NCBI RefSeq assembly: GCF_001194135.2
Contig: NC_068986.1
Span: 8,187,167-8,251,166, forward strand
Direction of reading: 5' to 3'
DNA length: 64,000 nucleotides
DNA from: Octopus bimaculoides
Taxonomy: Eukaryota
Shown here: piece by piece, positions 41,006 through 55,229 of the stretch
How the letters are laid out: every line of letters begins with the position of its first letter
Numbering within the stretch: position 1 is the first letter of the stretch
The notes under the pieces: model-generated
The model's input: the letters and a program-made list of their open reading frames with translations, nothing else
Databases searched by the model: none
What the model was told of the DNA's origin: nothing
Translations under genes and position numbers: made by a program

Positions 41006-43324
41006 AGCATATTTATAGAAAACCCAGTTTGTTGGAAGGAAGACGGAAGATTCGTGTAAATAAGGGCGTCTTTCAAAGAAATTGGCAAACACAATTATGA
41101 ACGTTCCGATTAATTACAGATCAACCCTTAAGAAATCCGATGCTCCAAGTAATTCCACTCCAAACCACTCTTGATGGAGTGAAATAGGTTTAGTTCTACA
41201 CTGGATATCTAATCCCTTTCTAAAAACAGTAGATCGTGATGAGAAAGGATTTGGCTACTATTTCCTGTTTGCAAGACGAACATCAACAAACCTCTACAAT
41301 GCCTATTCCTAATTTTAATAAAAGTTTTGCTATTTATTTCTTGTATAGTCCTCTTTTTAAATTTCAACATATAATTTGTTTGTTTTTTTTATGCATGCTT
41401 TTTAAGGCAAATTTGTGGATTTTTCTGTTTTGAATATCAACAATTCAGAAATATTTCAATTGTTTTTCTCATTATTTAAAAAAGTGACTTGCGTTCCAAG
41501 ATATATTTTTCATATGTGTCTATGCTTACGACTATAAAAAGTACATCGTTGTACAGAAATATCGTCGCTTCCATCTCAAATATATAAACATATTTGCATT
41601 TATAATTATTTTCAATATATTGAAAGACATTATTTTAAGCTTTTTGAAAGTGAAACAGTAGAAAACTATTAATTGTGATTGCTTTGGGAACTATTGCAGT
41701 TATTTTAAGATATTTGTATTGCTTGTCAATGATATCAATACAGAAATATAATTATAAAGCCTTGCATTCAGAGTTCTTATTGCTGTTCATTATTTTTATA
41801 TCAAGTTACCTTTTATATTACTTTACTCCGTAATATTTAATTTTAACATCACACCGTGATGACGATTTCTAAAAAGAATGAAATAGTGCTATACATGATT
41901 ACCAACAGCTAGACATTGTACGATCTTTGTAAGAACTAAGCAAAACGGGAAAGAATAAAGATTCTGTGTATCTTTTTCCTCGTAATTAATTAATTTCCAT
42001 CCCGAATTTCTAATCCTTCCCCCATGTTGCGAACGGATGTCTAGCACTTCTGTAACTGGACTTGATGCGAGTTATCTCGCTTGTATATGGATTCCAGGTT
42101 TTTTAACACCGGGCAAACTGATGAGAATACATTCTCTTATGACTATAATCGCAGCCTACTCACGAACTAACAAACCCCTAGATTTATTCATGCACTTAAT
42201 ATACAGCATTACTTCATAATAAACATCCATTACTTAGATCACTTTCCATTCAATAAAAGACAACAGCATTACATATTCTTGTTTGCTGCATACACGCAAA
42301 CACACACGCACACACACGCACGCACACGCGCACGCACGCACACACACACATACACACACACACACACACAAGCACTTAAAGCAGGAATAAATCCATTAAC
42401 TTCATCAAAATCCAAAAACAAAGTTTCCAAGTCAAGATTATAGCGAAGCTACTTGGATCCCCAATAGATAGAAATGACATTTCTGTCTTACACATCGTCA
42501 CTGAACACAATAACAAGGAAATAATAACAACTTGAAATAAACAACTTTCAACAAATCAACGCAAATTGACAACAGATCAACTGTGGCCATTAATAAATCA
42601 AATAGTAATAAAACAATATGACAGAGTAGGAATTATGACCAGTTTCCTAGGGTCAGATTAATGCCAGGGCGCCTCGAAGCTAATGTAACATTTGTGTTAG
42701 ACGCTGTTTTCTCGTAAGGTTATTCAGTAGAAACAAAAATAAGCAAACAAATATAGCTCTTACTACACAAGCAAATGTATGAATAACGAACCATAAAATT
42801 ATCCTAGAAGCAAAAGCAGATCAACATATGCGGTGAATAAACATTACCACAAATAATATAAAACAATCATCACACTAAAACGAAAAAGCATGTTCCCTGA
42901 AACAACTGAAAGATTAATAGCAGGATCCAGAAAGAAGATAAGCCTTCAAAAAGACAGATAAATGAGCCTTCTCGAAATATAGAAAGATAGCAGCATAGAT
43001 ATTTACAAGAATAAATAAACAACTCAATGAAAATATCACTAAAACCAACATGTAAAAAATATAAAGTGTTTGCAACAAAATAAAATGAAAGGCAAAAGGA
43101 AATTGAAAATGAAACGAATCTCATCGTAGCAATGGTTAAAAGTGACAAACAACCAAATGTCCATCGACAATAAAAATTTACACTCGACTCCATCCGAAAC
43201 AACAAACTGTAGAAAAGGAAATCACATTACAACAGAATAATCCGATTTAGAAATTTGGCAATAGAAACAACAAAGATGAAAGAAGAGACATTAATTTTAT
43301 CAATAAACATGAATAGCTCTGTCG

Positions 43325-43660
43325 TAAGAAGTTTGCTCCCCAACCACATGGTTGCAGGCTCTGTCCCACTGTTTGGCATCCTGGTCTTCGGGCATTTGGT
43401 AGACGGAAACAGAAGGAAGCCAGTCATGTATTAGTGTGTGCGCGCGCGTGTGTGTGTGTTTGTCTTTGTGTCTCTGTCCTCCACCACGGTTTGACAGCCG
43501 GTGTTAGTGTTGTTTATGCTCCCGTTACTAAGCGGTTCGGGAAAAGAGACCGATAGTATCTGTATTTAAAGTACCAGTCTTTAAATAAAATAAAAATTGG
43601 GGTCGATTCATTTGACTAAATATTCTTTAAGCTGGTGCCTCAGTATGACCGCAGTATGAT
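43325..43660 (+). mobile_element. SINE family B
   Basis: CCAACCACATGGTT..TTTGGTAGACGGAAAC..(GT)n..TAAGCGGTTCGG..GAGACCGATAG..GGGGTCGATTC. Confidence 0.85.
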
Positions 43661-43949
43661 GGCAAATAAAAGATAAAAGAAACACGGCCAAGAATTATGT
43701 CTGCCCAAGCTTCAGAGAAATACACCGCGCAAAAAATAAAATTTAAAACAAACTGAATGTAAGAATTTACAACCAGAAATGTCCTCCTCTGGGACAAATA
43801 AAGACAGTAAGTCCTGGAACGTTTTAATAGCCTCAATGGACATGTTTCAGCGGAATTGTGAGAAAGGCCGACATCAGTTGATCCTAGCATAACACAAATG
43901 CTCTTGTTTGTGTTATGTTAGGAAAGATTATCGTTTATGAAATTGATTT

Positions 43950-45668
43950 CAGAATACGAGAAAGACCTGACTTTACTTCGCTAAATGTGTAGAACTCTAA
44001 TAGGAAGAAATTAAAATAAAAGTAAATTAAATAATTGGTTAAGATTAAAAGGAATAAACTTTGGACATGAAAAAATGACTAAAAAAAAAGAAGAAATCAT
44101 TGCAAGACATCTTAGAAATAAGAACAAATTTATAACAACTTTAAAACCGCGGTAAAACATTCATAAAAGAAGGACTGCTGCTGGGTAACACGGCAATGTC
44201 AACAGATTATGGCGGTTATTGGGAGAAAATAGAAAAGACTATCATTCAGCGGAAAGTTTTCAATGGATGAGAAGAGAAACCTTTCAGAGATAAAAGCCGA
44301 CCAAAGTATAAGTGGAGAGAAACAGAGCAGCACAACAAAGACTGGAAAAGCTTGTAATTGAAACAGAACTACCCACACAGCATTTTATGGCAGAAATATC
44401 TAACATGTTTTCTTGAATATGGGGCAACAGTATTCATTGATTTAAACAGACCATGATCAAGACCATATTAGTTAAGAGAAGAGAAAACCATTTTAATTTC
44501 CAAATTCAAGATATCCTAACACTAAGGTGAACAATTAAAAAAAACGTTTAACTACGTCCCTTAACTACGTGCAAATCCCTTACAATCTGGCGTCTCATCA
44601 AGAATTTAATAGCAGGGTGTAGAATGGCTGCTGGAAAGAGATGTGGGATGTAGAGAGCAGTTAATTATTGAAAGTAGCAAGAAAATCAATCCGTATCATG
44701 GTATACATTGATTACCAAAAAGTATTTGATAAGATTCCCCCCTCTTTGATTTGATTTGGAGTCACTGTCTGTGATTTATTCAACTCCAATTATAAAGTTG
44801 TGCAACAAAGCACAGTCAAAGTAGAAGATAACCATAACAGCGGAAGATTAAGAGAATATATTATAAGCGTACCTAAGAGAAGTGGAATCTTTCAAGGATC
44901 TACTGATCTCCTTTATTCTACAGGTAATTTTGAAATATTAACTAACATACCGAATAAAGCCGGCAGCAGGTGTAAATATTACGGACAAATTACGAGGAAA
45001 GATTTAAAACAGATTTAAAACTCGTTAGAAAGAAGGAAGCAGAATGAAATTCCAAGTAAAAATTTTTCATGAATTTATCCGAGATAAGTATATAATAGTT
45101 AAGACAAAGTCAGTATCTAAAGTGGTAAACTGATCAAAAAGCAAAATTAGATTCGGATAATTCAGATATTAATAGCAAACTCGGCCTTACAAATAAAGGG
45201 GAATAGATAAAAATTGATATGCTATAATATAAAGAAAAGCAGAAGAAAATTAGAAAAGAGTGAACAGGAGAATGAGACGAAAACTGAAAACTGAATTAAA
45301 TTCCCGTAATAAATTAACGGGGATAAACGTAGCGTTCTTCGCTTTGTTTATTACAAAACGGTTCGTTGTAAAAAAAAAAAAAAGAAATCAATAACAATTC
45401 TTTGTCATAAAATACAGTCAATATCTTTTAGCCTTTCGTTTGTTTTAGTCATTAGACTGCGGCCATGTTGGGACACCGCTTTTGGAAATTTTTAGTTCAA
45501 TGAATCGATCCCAGTACTTAATTTCTAAAGCCTTGGACTCATTCTATCAGTTGTTTTGTCAAACCGCTAAGTTACAGGTTCATAAACACATCAACACCAG
45601 TTGTGAAGTGGTGGTGGTGCTGGGGTAAATCACAAACAGAAAACACACACACCTGTGTGTGTGTGTGC

Positions 45669-45711
<43 letters not shown>

Positions 45712-46800
45712 CATGTATGTACGACGGTCTTCCTTCAGTTTCCGTCTACCAAATCCACTCTCAAGGCTCTGGTCGGCCCGACGTTATAATAGCAGACAAT
45801 TGCCCGAGGTGCCACACAGTGGACTAAACCCGGAACCATGTGGTTGGGAAGCAAACTTGTTACCACATAGCCACGGTTGTTGGAAATTAAATGAATTGAA
45901 GAGTGAAGACAATAGAAAAATTAATGTACCACGAAGCCATCAAATCAAAGCTGATATAGATGGTCTGTATCTAAACTGCCACAAAGATTGATAAATATAA
46001 ATAAAGATCTATTACAAGATAACATTAGTTTGGAAAAATATTAGAAACAGCCAAAGGAAAACTTATTAACTTAGGATAATGAAGAAACAATAAATTACAA
46101 ACTAGCAGCTAACCAGTGTAACAAAACAGCTTTAAAAGAAAGAAGATAAAGAGAAAAGAAAGTTAAAATGGAAGTAGAAACTGGCTGAGATATTGAGTTC
46201 GGAGTAAGTCAGCATGAAAACTATGAATGAATGCAAAATTCTGGACTAAAAACAGTAACGGAAAATTTAGCTTTAGCTGTTGCTCAGAATCAATGGTTTT
46301 GCCACATAAAGAAACTAGAGAGAGAAAAGGATGAAACAAGAGATTAGCATTACAACGGCATGCTCTGCAATCATTGCAAGGAAACATTTTCACACATTAA
46401 TTATGGGGTTGTTCAGTCATTAGAAAGAATATATTATACACATGGCCGGGTTGGGAGCAATGTTCATTGGTTAATATGGTGGTATTGAAATTCTATTGTT
46501 TAACACCTGAAATATAATAATGGCCGAAATATAATAATGGCTTGTCAACGATAAACTGATGATACAGGCCAGTCCAAACTAAGAATCGAATCAAAATTCA
46601 CTGCTCCGATATTATACAATAAAGAAAAGGACGAAAACGAGGTAAATGAAGAGAAATTGCTGATAAGCACCTTGACCCTGAAATAGGCAGGAAAGTACAA
46701 GTGACTTGAGCATTTGTTGCAAGATACATAATTCAAGCCGCAACAGAAGATAGAGGTAATTGGCCCCGCTAGAAACAGGGTACCTCTTATGTAAGAAATT
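43950..46800 (+). mobile_element. Long, heavily decayed R4/Dong-type retrotransposon interrupted by a SINE
   Basis: Purine-rich + strand with scattered RT/RLE-like words (GIFQG, WLLERDVGCREQLI). Boundaries approximate. Confidence 0.4.
45430..45875 (-). mobile_element. SINE family B (near full length)
   Basis: GACTGCGGCCATG..ATCGATCCCAG..CCGCTAAGTTAC..TTCAGTTTCCGTCTACCAAATCCACTC..CCCGGAACCATGTGGTTGG..ACCACATAGCCAC. Confidence 0.9.
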
Positions 46801-47789
46801 TACTTTCAGTGTAATATCACAATAGATGGAGTGAGTTTCAAATCAGCTCATACATCACAACTCCCTCCTAATGAGTACTAGAGAAGCACAAAACACTGCA
46901 AACATTGCACGTAATCCTAATACAACATCGTAGCACAACCTACGCATATCATACACAGATACCAACAACTAATGCTATTGAAGAATAAGAGGAAGACTAC
47001 AGAGCAAAGTTACGAAGATGGAAAATACGAATATTACAACAGCCATCAATAAATTATATTATATTATATTCTCAACTGGTTACAAAGTGAATTAGCAAGA
47101 CCAGACAGGAAAACAAGAACATTAATGACTATTTAGAATTCAGCACCTAAAATCTGATACGGAAATATCATGTTTACCATATATAAAGGGAAGTTAAAGT
47201 TTTGCACAGAATTATTATAAAACATTTACTGCGGGACTGCAAATATATTTAGTAACAAATGAAGACAAAGTAATGCAAGTATCTTAATAAAAAAAATGGA
47301 CGAGATTTACAGATGTCTTCCTTCAAATAAGTCAATAAATATGAAATAGATGATTAAAGGTTTTAAAGTTTTATCTTATTTCATCTCGCTACTTGACATT
47401 CCTAAGTTCTGCAACATTTGTGTTTAATATGAAGGATACTCCTTTGAAGAATATTCTCTCAACCATATCACTGTCGTACATAATCAGTGTCACTACATCC
47501 TCTTTGCTTCTATGTCGTAATCTCTTTTAACCTTACCACCTGAGTAGAATATACTACACAGAGAAATCGTACTAAGACCAAATCCTCTTCATCACATTCT
47601 CCACTTGACTTTATCGGATTCCTTCCCATCTTCATCGTCCATATTAAAGTGGGGAGTTTTGTCTACTAGTTGTCTGAGTAATTGAAGTTAAGCGTTTTCT
47701 ATTTTTGACAATCTATATTCACATAGAACGCGATTAGTAGTTTCTATAAAGCACATAGTTGGGAGGGGGAAGATTTAAGAAATGACACT

Positions 47790-48195
47790 AGGAAAAGGTA
47801 TTCTTCGGCCAAAACTGATGAGACTGAACGAAGCAGAATTGGTTGGATAAAAGATTCAGCGACAACTGTTCCCAAAGTTGGCCTAATGAAGTGCCCATGC
47901 CACTCGAAACATTGCGTACAACCCATTGCAGATCACCATAATCTTTCTAAAGCATGCTCGCTGTCTCTGTTGCAGACTTCCCAAATTTAACACAAGATTT
48001 CACATTGGCCTTTTGTTCCAACTTCCTGTCCATGACAAAAATCGCAACTTGTGAAGTAAACAACAATGTCATTCTGCACGCTATCTCATGAGGGTCACTG
48101 CTAGCTCTCACTGTGCACACAGCTGTTTGTGGCCATTTGTTGGCATTCTACAGAACTAGTTCAGGAACTTTTTTGGTAATACTTTGTATGAGTGG
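47790..48195 (-). mobile_element. Mariner-like element, 5' end with transposase N-terminus
   Basis: MDRKLEQKANVKSCVKFGKSATETASML* then TQCFEWH; TIR-like CAAAAAGTTCCTGAAC near 48160-48175. Confidence 0.8.
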
Positions 48196-48261
48196 GAGGG
48201 AAAGTACAGGAGTAGAGGTGATGATTGAGAGTACATCAAGGGCAAAGAGCAGCCAAATGAT

Positions 48262-48262
48262 G

Positions 48263-48354
<92 letters not shown>

Positions 48355-48503
48355 TATAATTATAATAATAATAATAATACGCAAAACACTTTCAATACAG
48401 TAACCATAAGAGCAAAACAGCAAACCAGAGCACATACCCAAGGCGCACAGAGCTGCACTCGGTAGTGAAGTGAAAGCACGTTATAAAAATAAAACTACTG
48501 AAC

Positions 48504-48550
<47 letters not shown>
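48262..48550 (+). mobile_element. Very short R4/Dong-type 3' end (about 48378-48503) embedded in (AAT)n
   Basis: IRKTLSIQ* followed by a 3'UTR, with (AAT)n on both sides; same layout as 4011-4410. Confidence 0.7.
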
Positions 48551-48553
<3 letters not shown>

Positions 48554-49011
48554 TGATGATAATAACAATACAGTAGATAGAGGAAGGATGAGAGAAAGGT
48601 AGATGATGATTGGATGGTGGGTAAGTAGATTGCAAATGTGGGGGGGAAATAAGAATCATGTGGTGATAGAGGTGGAGGAGATTAGAGATATATATAGGTT
48701 AATCAACAAGAAGTGGTTCAATGAAGAGGGAGATATAACTGAACACAAAAAGGTGATCAATGGGAAATGTGTCTGGAGAGGGACGACGTTAAGAATAAAA
48801 GATGGATGTCACAAGAAGTGGTTCCAAGTAGTGGCGGAGTTAATTGGTAGTACAGAAAAGGATGATGAAATATGGAGTTCTGCTCCTGAAAAGATGCCTC
48901 TCCCCATCGTTTTGAAGGCCATGCTGAAAAAAAATTGGAAAAACCCCCATCAAAATGGAGAAAATCCAACTTATGCGGGTGCCCTGACCCAAAACTCTGC
49001 TATATGTGTGC

Positions 49012-49045
<34 letters not shown>

Positions 49046-49099
49046 GTGCGTGAGTGTGTGTGTGTGTATGTGCGCGTGTGTATGTATATATATATATAC

Positions 49100-49230
49100 A
49101 TAATCATCATCATCATTGTTTAATGTCTGATTTCCATGCTGGCATGGGTTGGACGGTCTAACATGAAGCTGGTCAACTGGTAGCTGTCCAGACTCCACTT
49201 GTCTGTTGTGTAATGGTTTCTATGGCTGGA
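49100..49230 (-). mobile_element. RTE-type 3' terminus with (GAT)n tail
   Basis: Forward ATCATCATC..TTTCCATGCTGGCATGGGTTGGACGG, recalled as the reverse complement of an octopus RTE-related 3' end. Confidence 0.5.
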
Positions 49231-49234
49231 AAGG

Positions 49235-50408
49235 TTAACAGCAATGCGAGACCAGACGATAAATAAATTAAAAGGTTTTGGAGTAACATCTGGAATAACG
49301 GAAGAAAGCATAACAAAGATGCTAAATGGTTGAAGGAATTATGATCGGAAAAATATGAAGTGAAACAGAGCAATATTAGAATAACGACTGAAATAGTAAC
49401 CGAACACATAACAAAGATCCCAAACTGGAAATACCCAGGACCGGATGGGGTACAAGGATATTGGCTGAAAAATTTCGGAGCTCTATACAGAAGAATAGCA
49501 ACGCAAATGGATAAAATGATCAACAACGGTATACAAATCCCAAAGTAGCTGACGGCATCGGTGTTGTTAGGTGGACAAAGAACGAGGTTGAGGAAATGGA
49601 CAGCAAAACTGGAAAAGTGATGACAATCAACAAGGAACTACACTCCAAAAGCGATACTGACAGACTGTATGTGCCTAGAAACAGAGATGGAGGAGGTCTC
49701 ATAGGATGCAAGATCAGTGTTGTCAACGAGAAGAACAGTCTAGGATGGTACATGAAACAGCAGAGTGAATCCATACTTGCCGCTGTTAGAATTAACAATA
49801 TAATACCTACCGAAAATGCGATGCATCCACAAACATTTAAGAAACAAGATGAAGAAAAAAGAGTAAACAACAGGAAAATGATATCACAGCAAAGGAAAAC
49901 ACAAGATCAACATTTGGAGATGGCTAAGAAAAAGTGATCTGGAGGGATGAACTGAGACACTGATATGCAGTGCCCAGGAACAAACTCTGATAACTAATTA
50001 TACCAAGTTCCAAATAGATAAGAATAGCGAATCGCCCCTTCGTAGGATGTGTGACAGCAGAAACGTAGGATATGTAGCAAAAGAAACGAAACAATCTCAC
50101 TGGAAGCTATGAGAAAAGTACGGCCTGAACAGAGTATGGAAATGGGACGAATATGAACCAGAAGGAATCACCGATAACAAGGAACATAAGATACTGAGGG
50201 ATGTTACAATCCAATGTAATTCTCTAGAAACCAGTTATTGTTGTGGTAGATAAAGGATAACAAGAAGCCAAGATCATAGATATTGCAATATTTGGAAATC
50301 CAGGCATAAGTGACAAAGAACTAGAAAAGATTGAAAAAGTACAGACTACTAAAGGATGAAATTGCAGGAATGTGGACTATGGTGAGAGTGTCTGTCATTC
50401 CAGTAGTT
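49235..50408 (+). mobile_element. R4/Dong-type non-LTR retrotransposon remnant (RT, zinc knuckle, RLE), internally deleted
   Basis: NWKYPGPDGVQGYWLKNF; ELHSKSDTDRLYVPRNRDGGGLI; CSAQEQ; KIIDIAI..DKELEKIEK..LKDEIAGMW. Multiple stops and frameshifts. Confidence 0.9.
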
Positions 50409-50853
50409 TTTGCCCTTCATTTTCTCTGTTTACTTTTATATTTTTTTATTTTTTATTTTTTCTCTCTGTTTTTCTTCCTCTTTTTCTCTATGACATAACT
50501 TTGTGATAGAACGTGTTTATTTTAATGGTCTACAAATGTCGAGTGTCTTCCTGACACCCAAGGCAGAGAAACGCGGGAAGGACTGTTTCAACGAAGTCGC
50601 GTATTGTCCTTACCTTCGAAACGCCGAATAGATGAAACAGGAACAACTGATGAAGGGAATGTTCTTTATGTCGCCTGTTTCCGTTTTCTGTTTGTTTTAT
50701 TCGTTGTTCGAAAAAAGTTCGTTTTCTATGTTTTTGTTTTTATGCTTTTTTTTCTCATTGTGTCCACTTTTTGTATGTCCTGTACTCATATGTGCATGTA
50801 TATATACATAGATATCTAGGTATGTATATATATGTATGTATATATGAATATAG

Positions 50854-50893
<40 letters not shown>

Positions 50894-50994
50894 TTATCTT
50901 GTGGTTAAAGAGACCAATAGAGTATCCTTCACAACGTCGCCGCCCCCAATTCTTTCACCTCTACCATCAGAAACACAGAAATATTGATTCCAAA

Positions 50995-51192
50995 GACTTT
51001 GATACAAGGCCAGCAATTTCGTGTGAGGGTTAAGTCGATTGCATTGACCCCAGTGATCAATTCCTACATTTTTTATCGATCCTTAAAAGATGAAAGGCAA
51101 AGTCGACCCCGGCGACATTTGAACTCAGAACGTCAATACGGGAGAAACGCTGGTATGCATTTTGTTCGGCGTGGTAACGATTCTGCCGCCCA
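50995..51192 (-). mobile_element. SINE family A
   Basis: AAGGCCAGCAATTTC..AAGTCGATT..GATGAAAGGCAAAGTCGACC..ATTTGAACTCAGAACG. Confidence 0.85.
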
Positions 51193-52655
51193 AGAAAGAA
51201 AATAATATCGTCTGCAGTAATCTGATCTTTTTCCCCCAATATAATTATTTGTCTATTCTTATCTTCTTCGAATAGCTTTAGTCACTGAAATGCGGCCCTG
51301 CTGGGGGCATCGCTTTCGTGGACTTTGCACTTGATCCTATCGAGTTCAGTACTTCTCGCAACCTGGTGTTCAGTTTATTGTCGCGGTTTATCGAATCGTT
51401 GTGACTGTTTAACTTCAATTTGCGCAGGTCAGTGCACCGTGCCACATCTATAGAATCTCGGATACACATACAAACACACACATATACAAATACAGATGCG
51501 CACACACATAGACCGACACACCCATACACACACACACACATATATATATATACGCACACACACATACACATGTATAAACAAATATAATGGGATTCTCTAT
51601 CTTCCGTTAGACTAATTCCAGTGGTAAGCGTTGGTGAATCATTGGCCAAAGTAGAGGGCATGGCTGTGTCTTAAAGCCTAGAACATAAAATATATTGTAC
51701 TGACACGCTACTATCAACTATTCTTATTCAACCAGTTTTTATTTCTAACACGAAACAGTGATTTCCTTCATTCTGTTTCTCTATAACTATGGTAATATTG
51801 ATTTCAAAAGCTTTTTTTAACTCCCCAATGTTAATGGTGTTACATTTATCGTCCATTATTAAAACACCAACACACAGAGATAACAGCATAAAATAAACGA
51901 AAATAACATCTTGTTCCAGTCAATCATTTCACTATTTTTGGCATTTATTTCAATCCAAGTTAGCGTCTCTGAAAAGGTTAAAATTACATAAAGTTGATGT
52001 TTATTTATATCACACAATCTCCATTTTCCCTCACAGCATACACTGTTTGACACCAAACTGAAATTTTTAGATGACACATTCAATCCAGCTTGCAGCGATA
52101 ACATCTGAATCTGTTCAATATTTCTTCAGATACTTTTACCTAAACCTAGACAGTGTTCGCTCGGTCGGCAAAGTGAAAAGACTAAGTTGAGCTTTTGTGC
52201 GTACATCTTGTGCAGATATCGATTTCTACGGTTGCAAAAGGTATTTTGTTTATATGTTGCTGGTATTGACATATTCATTCATTTAATGCTGCCTGCTTGT
52301 GAGATGGGAAACAATTTGTTTCTTGTGAGAATCTCGTTTCGCTAACAGCTTTTACATTTAAGAGTTAATGCAATGTTTTCACTGTACAGCTATATATTTT
52401 GACTTGATTCAATATAAATATATATGTTTCGCTTTTGAAACAATAGGAATTAATGGAATAATGAAAGGAAGACGACAGCAATGCTGAATAGTAAATGTCT
52501 TAGTCGTTTGATTACATTTCATTGAGAATATTGCTCACACTCTGATCCTGTCCAAATATTCGGGATTTGGTTTACGTGTAGTAAAGTATGTGTCCGCACA
52601 CAACATACACACAACTTACACAAACACTTATACGCACACACCTTACATAAACATT

Positions 52656-52745
<90 letters not shown>

Positions 52746-53179
52746 CGTATGTATACATGTATGTTGAAATAGGACGATATATTTATGACTTCGTGAGGAA
52801 TATTTTGTAGTGACTCTGACAATTTAGTCATACATAAATTCATACATAAATGTTCTTATTGTGTGAAGCAACACACACACACACGCACAAACGCACAAAC
52901 ACACACGCATACATCCACACATACTTGTGTTTGTGCGTGTGGACGCGTGTATGTGTGTGCTGCAGTCATTTGCATACTATAAATGTTAAATATATTTAAT
53001 ATCAGTCTGTCAACAGAGAATCAAGTATGTATGTATGTATGTATGTATGTATGTATTCATGGTGTATGTATATATTTCGCAACTTTTGTTTATTTACTGA
53101 TTAGTAAACTTAGATTGTTAATAAATAACCTTGTCTGACCTTTGTCGAAGATCCTTTCAGCGAAATATATACATCCTGT

Positions 53180-53460
53180 TAGCTTATCTTGTAGAGTATA
53201 TTATTGATGAGATGTTTTTTTTTTCTGACACAACTCAATCCCCATTGTGATATTCTGAGATGCAGTGCGATGATTTTTATAGATGGGGAGTTATCTCCCT
53301 TGCTAGTTATTGTTACCTGCGCATGACCAGGAATTTTGGGGAGATAGCAATGTCGGTCTCCTGAAATGAGTGGGAGAGTAGTCTTTGCCCTGAGGTTCCT
53401 CGTGGTAAAGCAGAACTCGGACTTTGATACTCGACATTCATTGTGCTTTCCCTTCATCCA
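53180..53460 (-). mobile_element. Possible Penelope-like GIY-YIG C-terminal remnant
   Basis: NLRAKTTLPLISGDRHCYLPK...IKIIALH...RKKKHLIN loosely matches the PLE endonuclease C-terminus. Confidence 0.3.
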
Positions 53461-53947
53461 TGGACGATATTACTCGGATAACAGTCTAGTTAGCCATTAC
53501 TCATTGACGTGAATTCATTCCTACCATCTAAGAGGGCATTTCATCTATTTTATAGTCAAGCCTCTTCAACCAGCTTCCTTTCCTACCATCCCTTCAAGTT
53601 TTTCTACTTTCTTCTATCCGTTAACACACGATGCAATCCTATCTTATCTCTCATTATTACACTCACCTTTATCTTCTTTATTTATTTTACACGATTCAAT
53701 TTAATCTAAAACTTCATCTTCCTGCAATTATTTGTTTTGCTCATCGATCTCTTAGTGAGCATCAAATGCCTCAGTCTCAGAAATAGAAGAGAGAAGAAAC
53801 AGATAATCAGTGCAGATGCTCACTTTTTTCATAAACTCATAGAAATAAACAAAGCTGAAAAACTTCAAAAGCAATTAATCTAATCAGCCAAAATCCGGGA
53901 ACAAGAAATCCCGAGTAACGACTCATCTATGCTCAGCTTCGAGTATT

Positions 53948-54005
<58 letters not shown>

Positions 54006-55229
54006 CTGTGTGTGTGTGTACGCACATATGTACATTGAGGTATAAAGGAAAATTAGACATTCTTGTGTATTTACATGAAATGATGTCATACGTGATTACG
54101 TTGTTGTTGTTGTTGTTGTTATTGTTGCGGCTGCTGCTGCTACTGCTGTTGTTGTTGTTGTTGTTGCTGTTGTTGTTTTCTTTCTCTGATCTATAATCTC
54201 TGAGTATCAATAAACCGATTTAGAATTGTTTATGCATTTAGATTTACAATTTATTATCGCTCTTACCGAGAAATATCCAGATGTATTCTCAGTTTCGGAT
54301 GATATTAATTCCTAAAGATAAATAATGTTACATTTTTCCAATAATATATTGGAACGCACTCCACATTTCAAGACGGCAGTTATTAAAAAGATCAATGAAT
54401 GTCTAAAATAAATCGGTAAATAAAGCTATTTTATTAAACATACGACAATACTTCTACTTGGAATTATTCCTTATATCAGATGTTGGCACCGATTTAGAAT
54501 TTCTAATGGATGAATTTGTAACACAGGCTGCACAACATAGACATAAATTGCAATAAAACAACCAAAAATTTCGTTAATTTACTATAAATATTCATTAATG
54601 CCCTATGAATATTTCCGACAATAAATATCAACCGATCCTTAATATCTCTATCAAGCTATACGAACATCTGACGAATGCCTGCAGAGCAATCCATGCAACT
54701 CTTGCGAAAACTATAAATTTCAGTAATAATAGATTGGTCTCTCGCAGATTATTTACAGGTCATGGCAGATGCTTTCCTCACCGAAACATTGAAATCAATA
54801 TTTTCAGAAACTGCTAGTAATGTACCAACTGCAATCCAAGATAACTAATAGCCTCGATCACTAACACAATAATATATTTTGCGTGATTTTCTTTTACTTT
54901 ACAACTGGTCTATAATTTAGACAACAGACTGAAATTAAAGTTTTCGTCAATATTTTATTACCAGCAATAAACGGAACTTTTGTAACAATACCAACAGATT
55001 TGAAGTCATTGGAACTAAGACGACCAGTTATATATTCAGTTTCAACGCCTTTGCACTTCTTTGGCGGTTGTAAATATTTGTGTATATATGCAGAGTGTTC
55101 TAGCTAAATTTGACGATTTTTATGCATGCTTCCTGCTTTTAGGAACAGCTTGATGTATAACTGTATAGTCAAAGGCGTTGAAGAGTATAGAGATTAAAGT
55201 TGTAGTTGACATGGAGGACTGGCAGCCAT

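Noticed and set aside
42100-42150. CTGATGA as a hammerhead core (also at about 33020)
   Set aside because: No correctly placed GAAA or stems.
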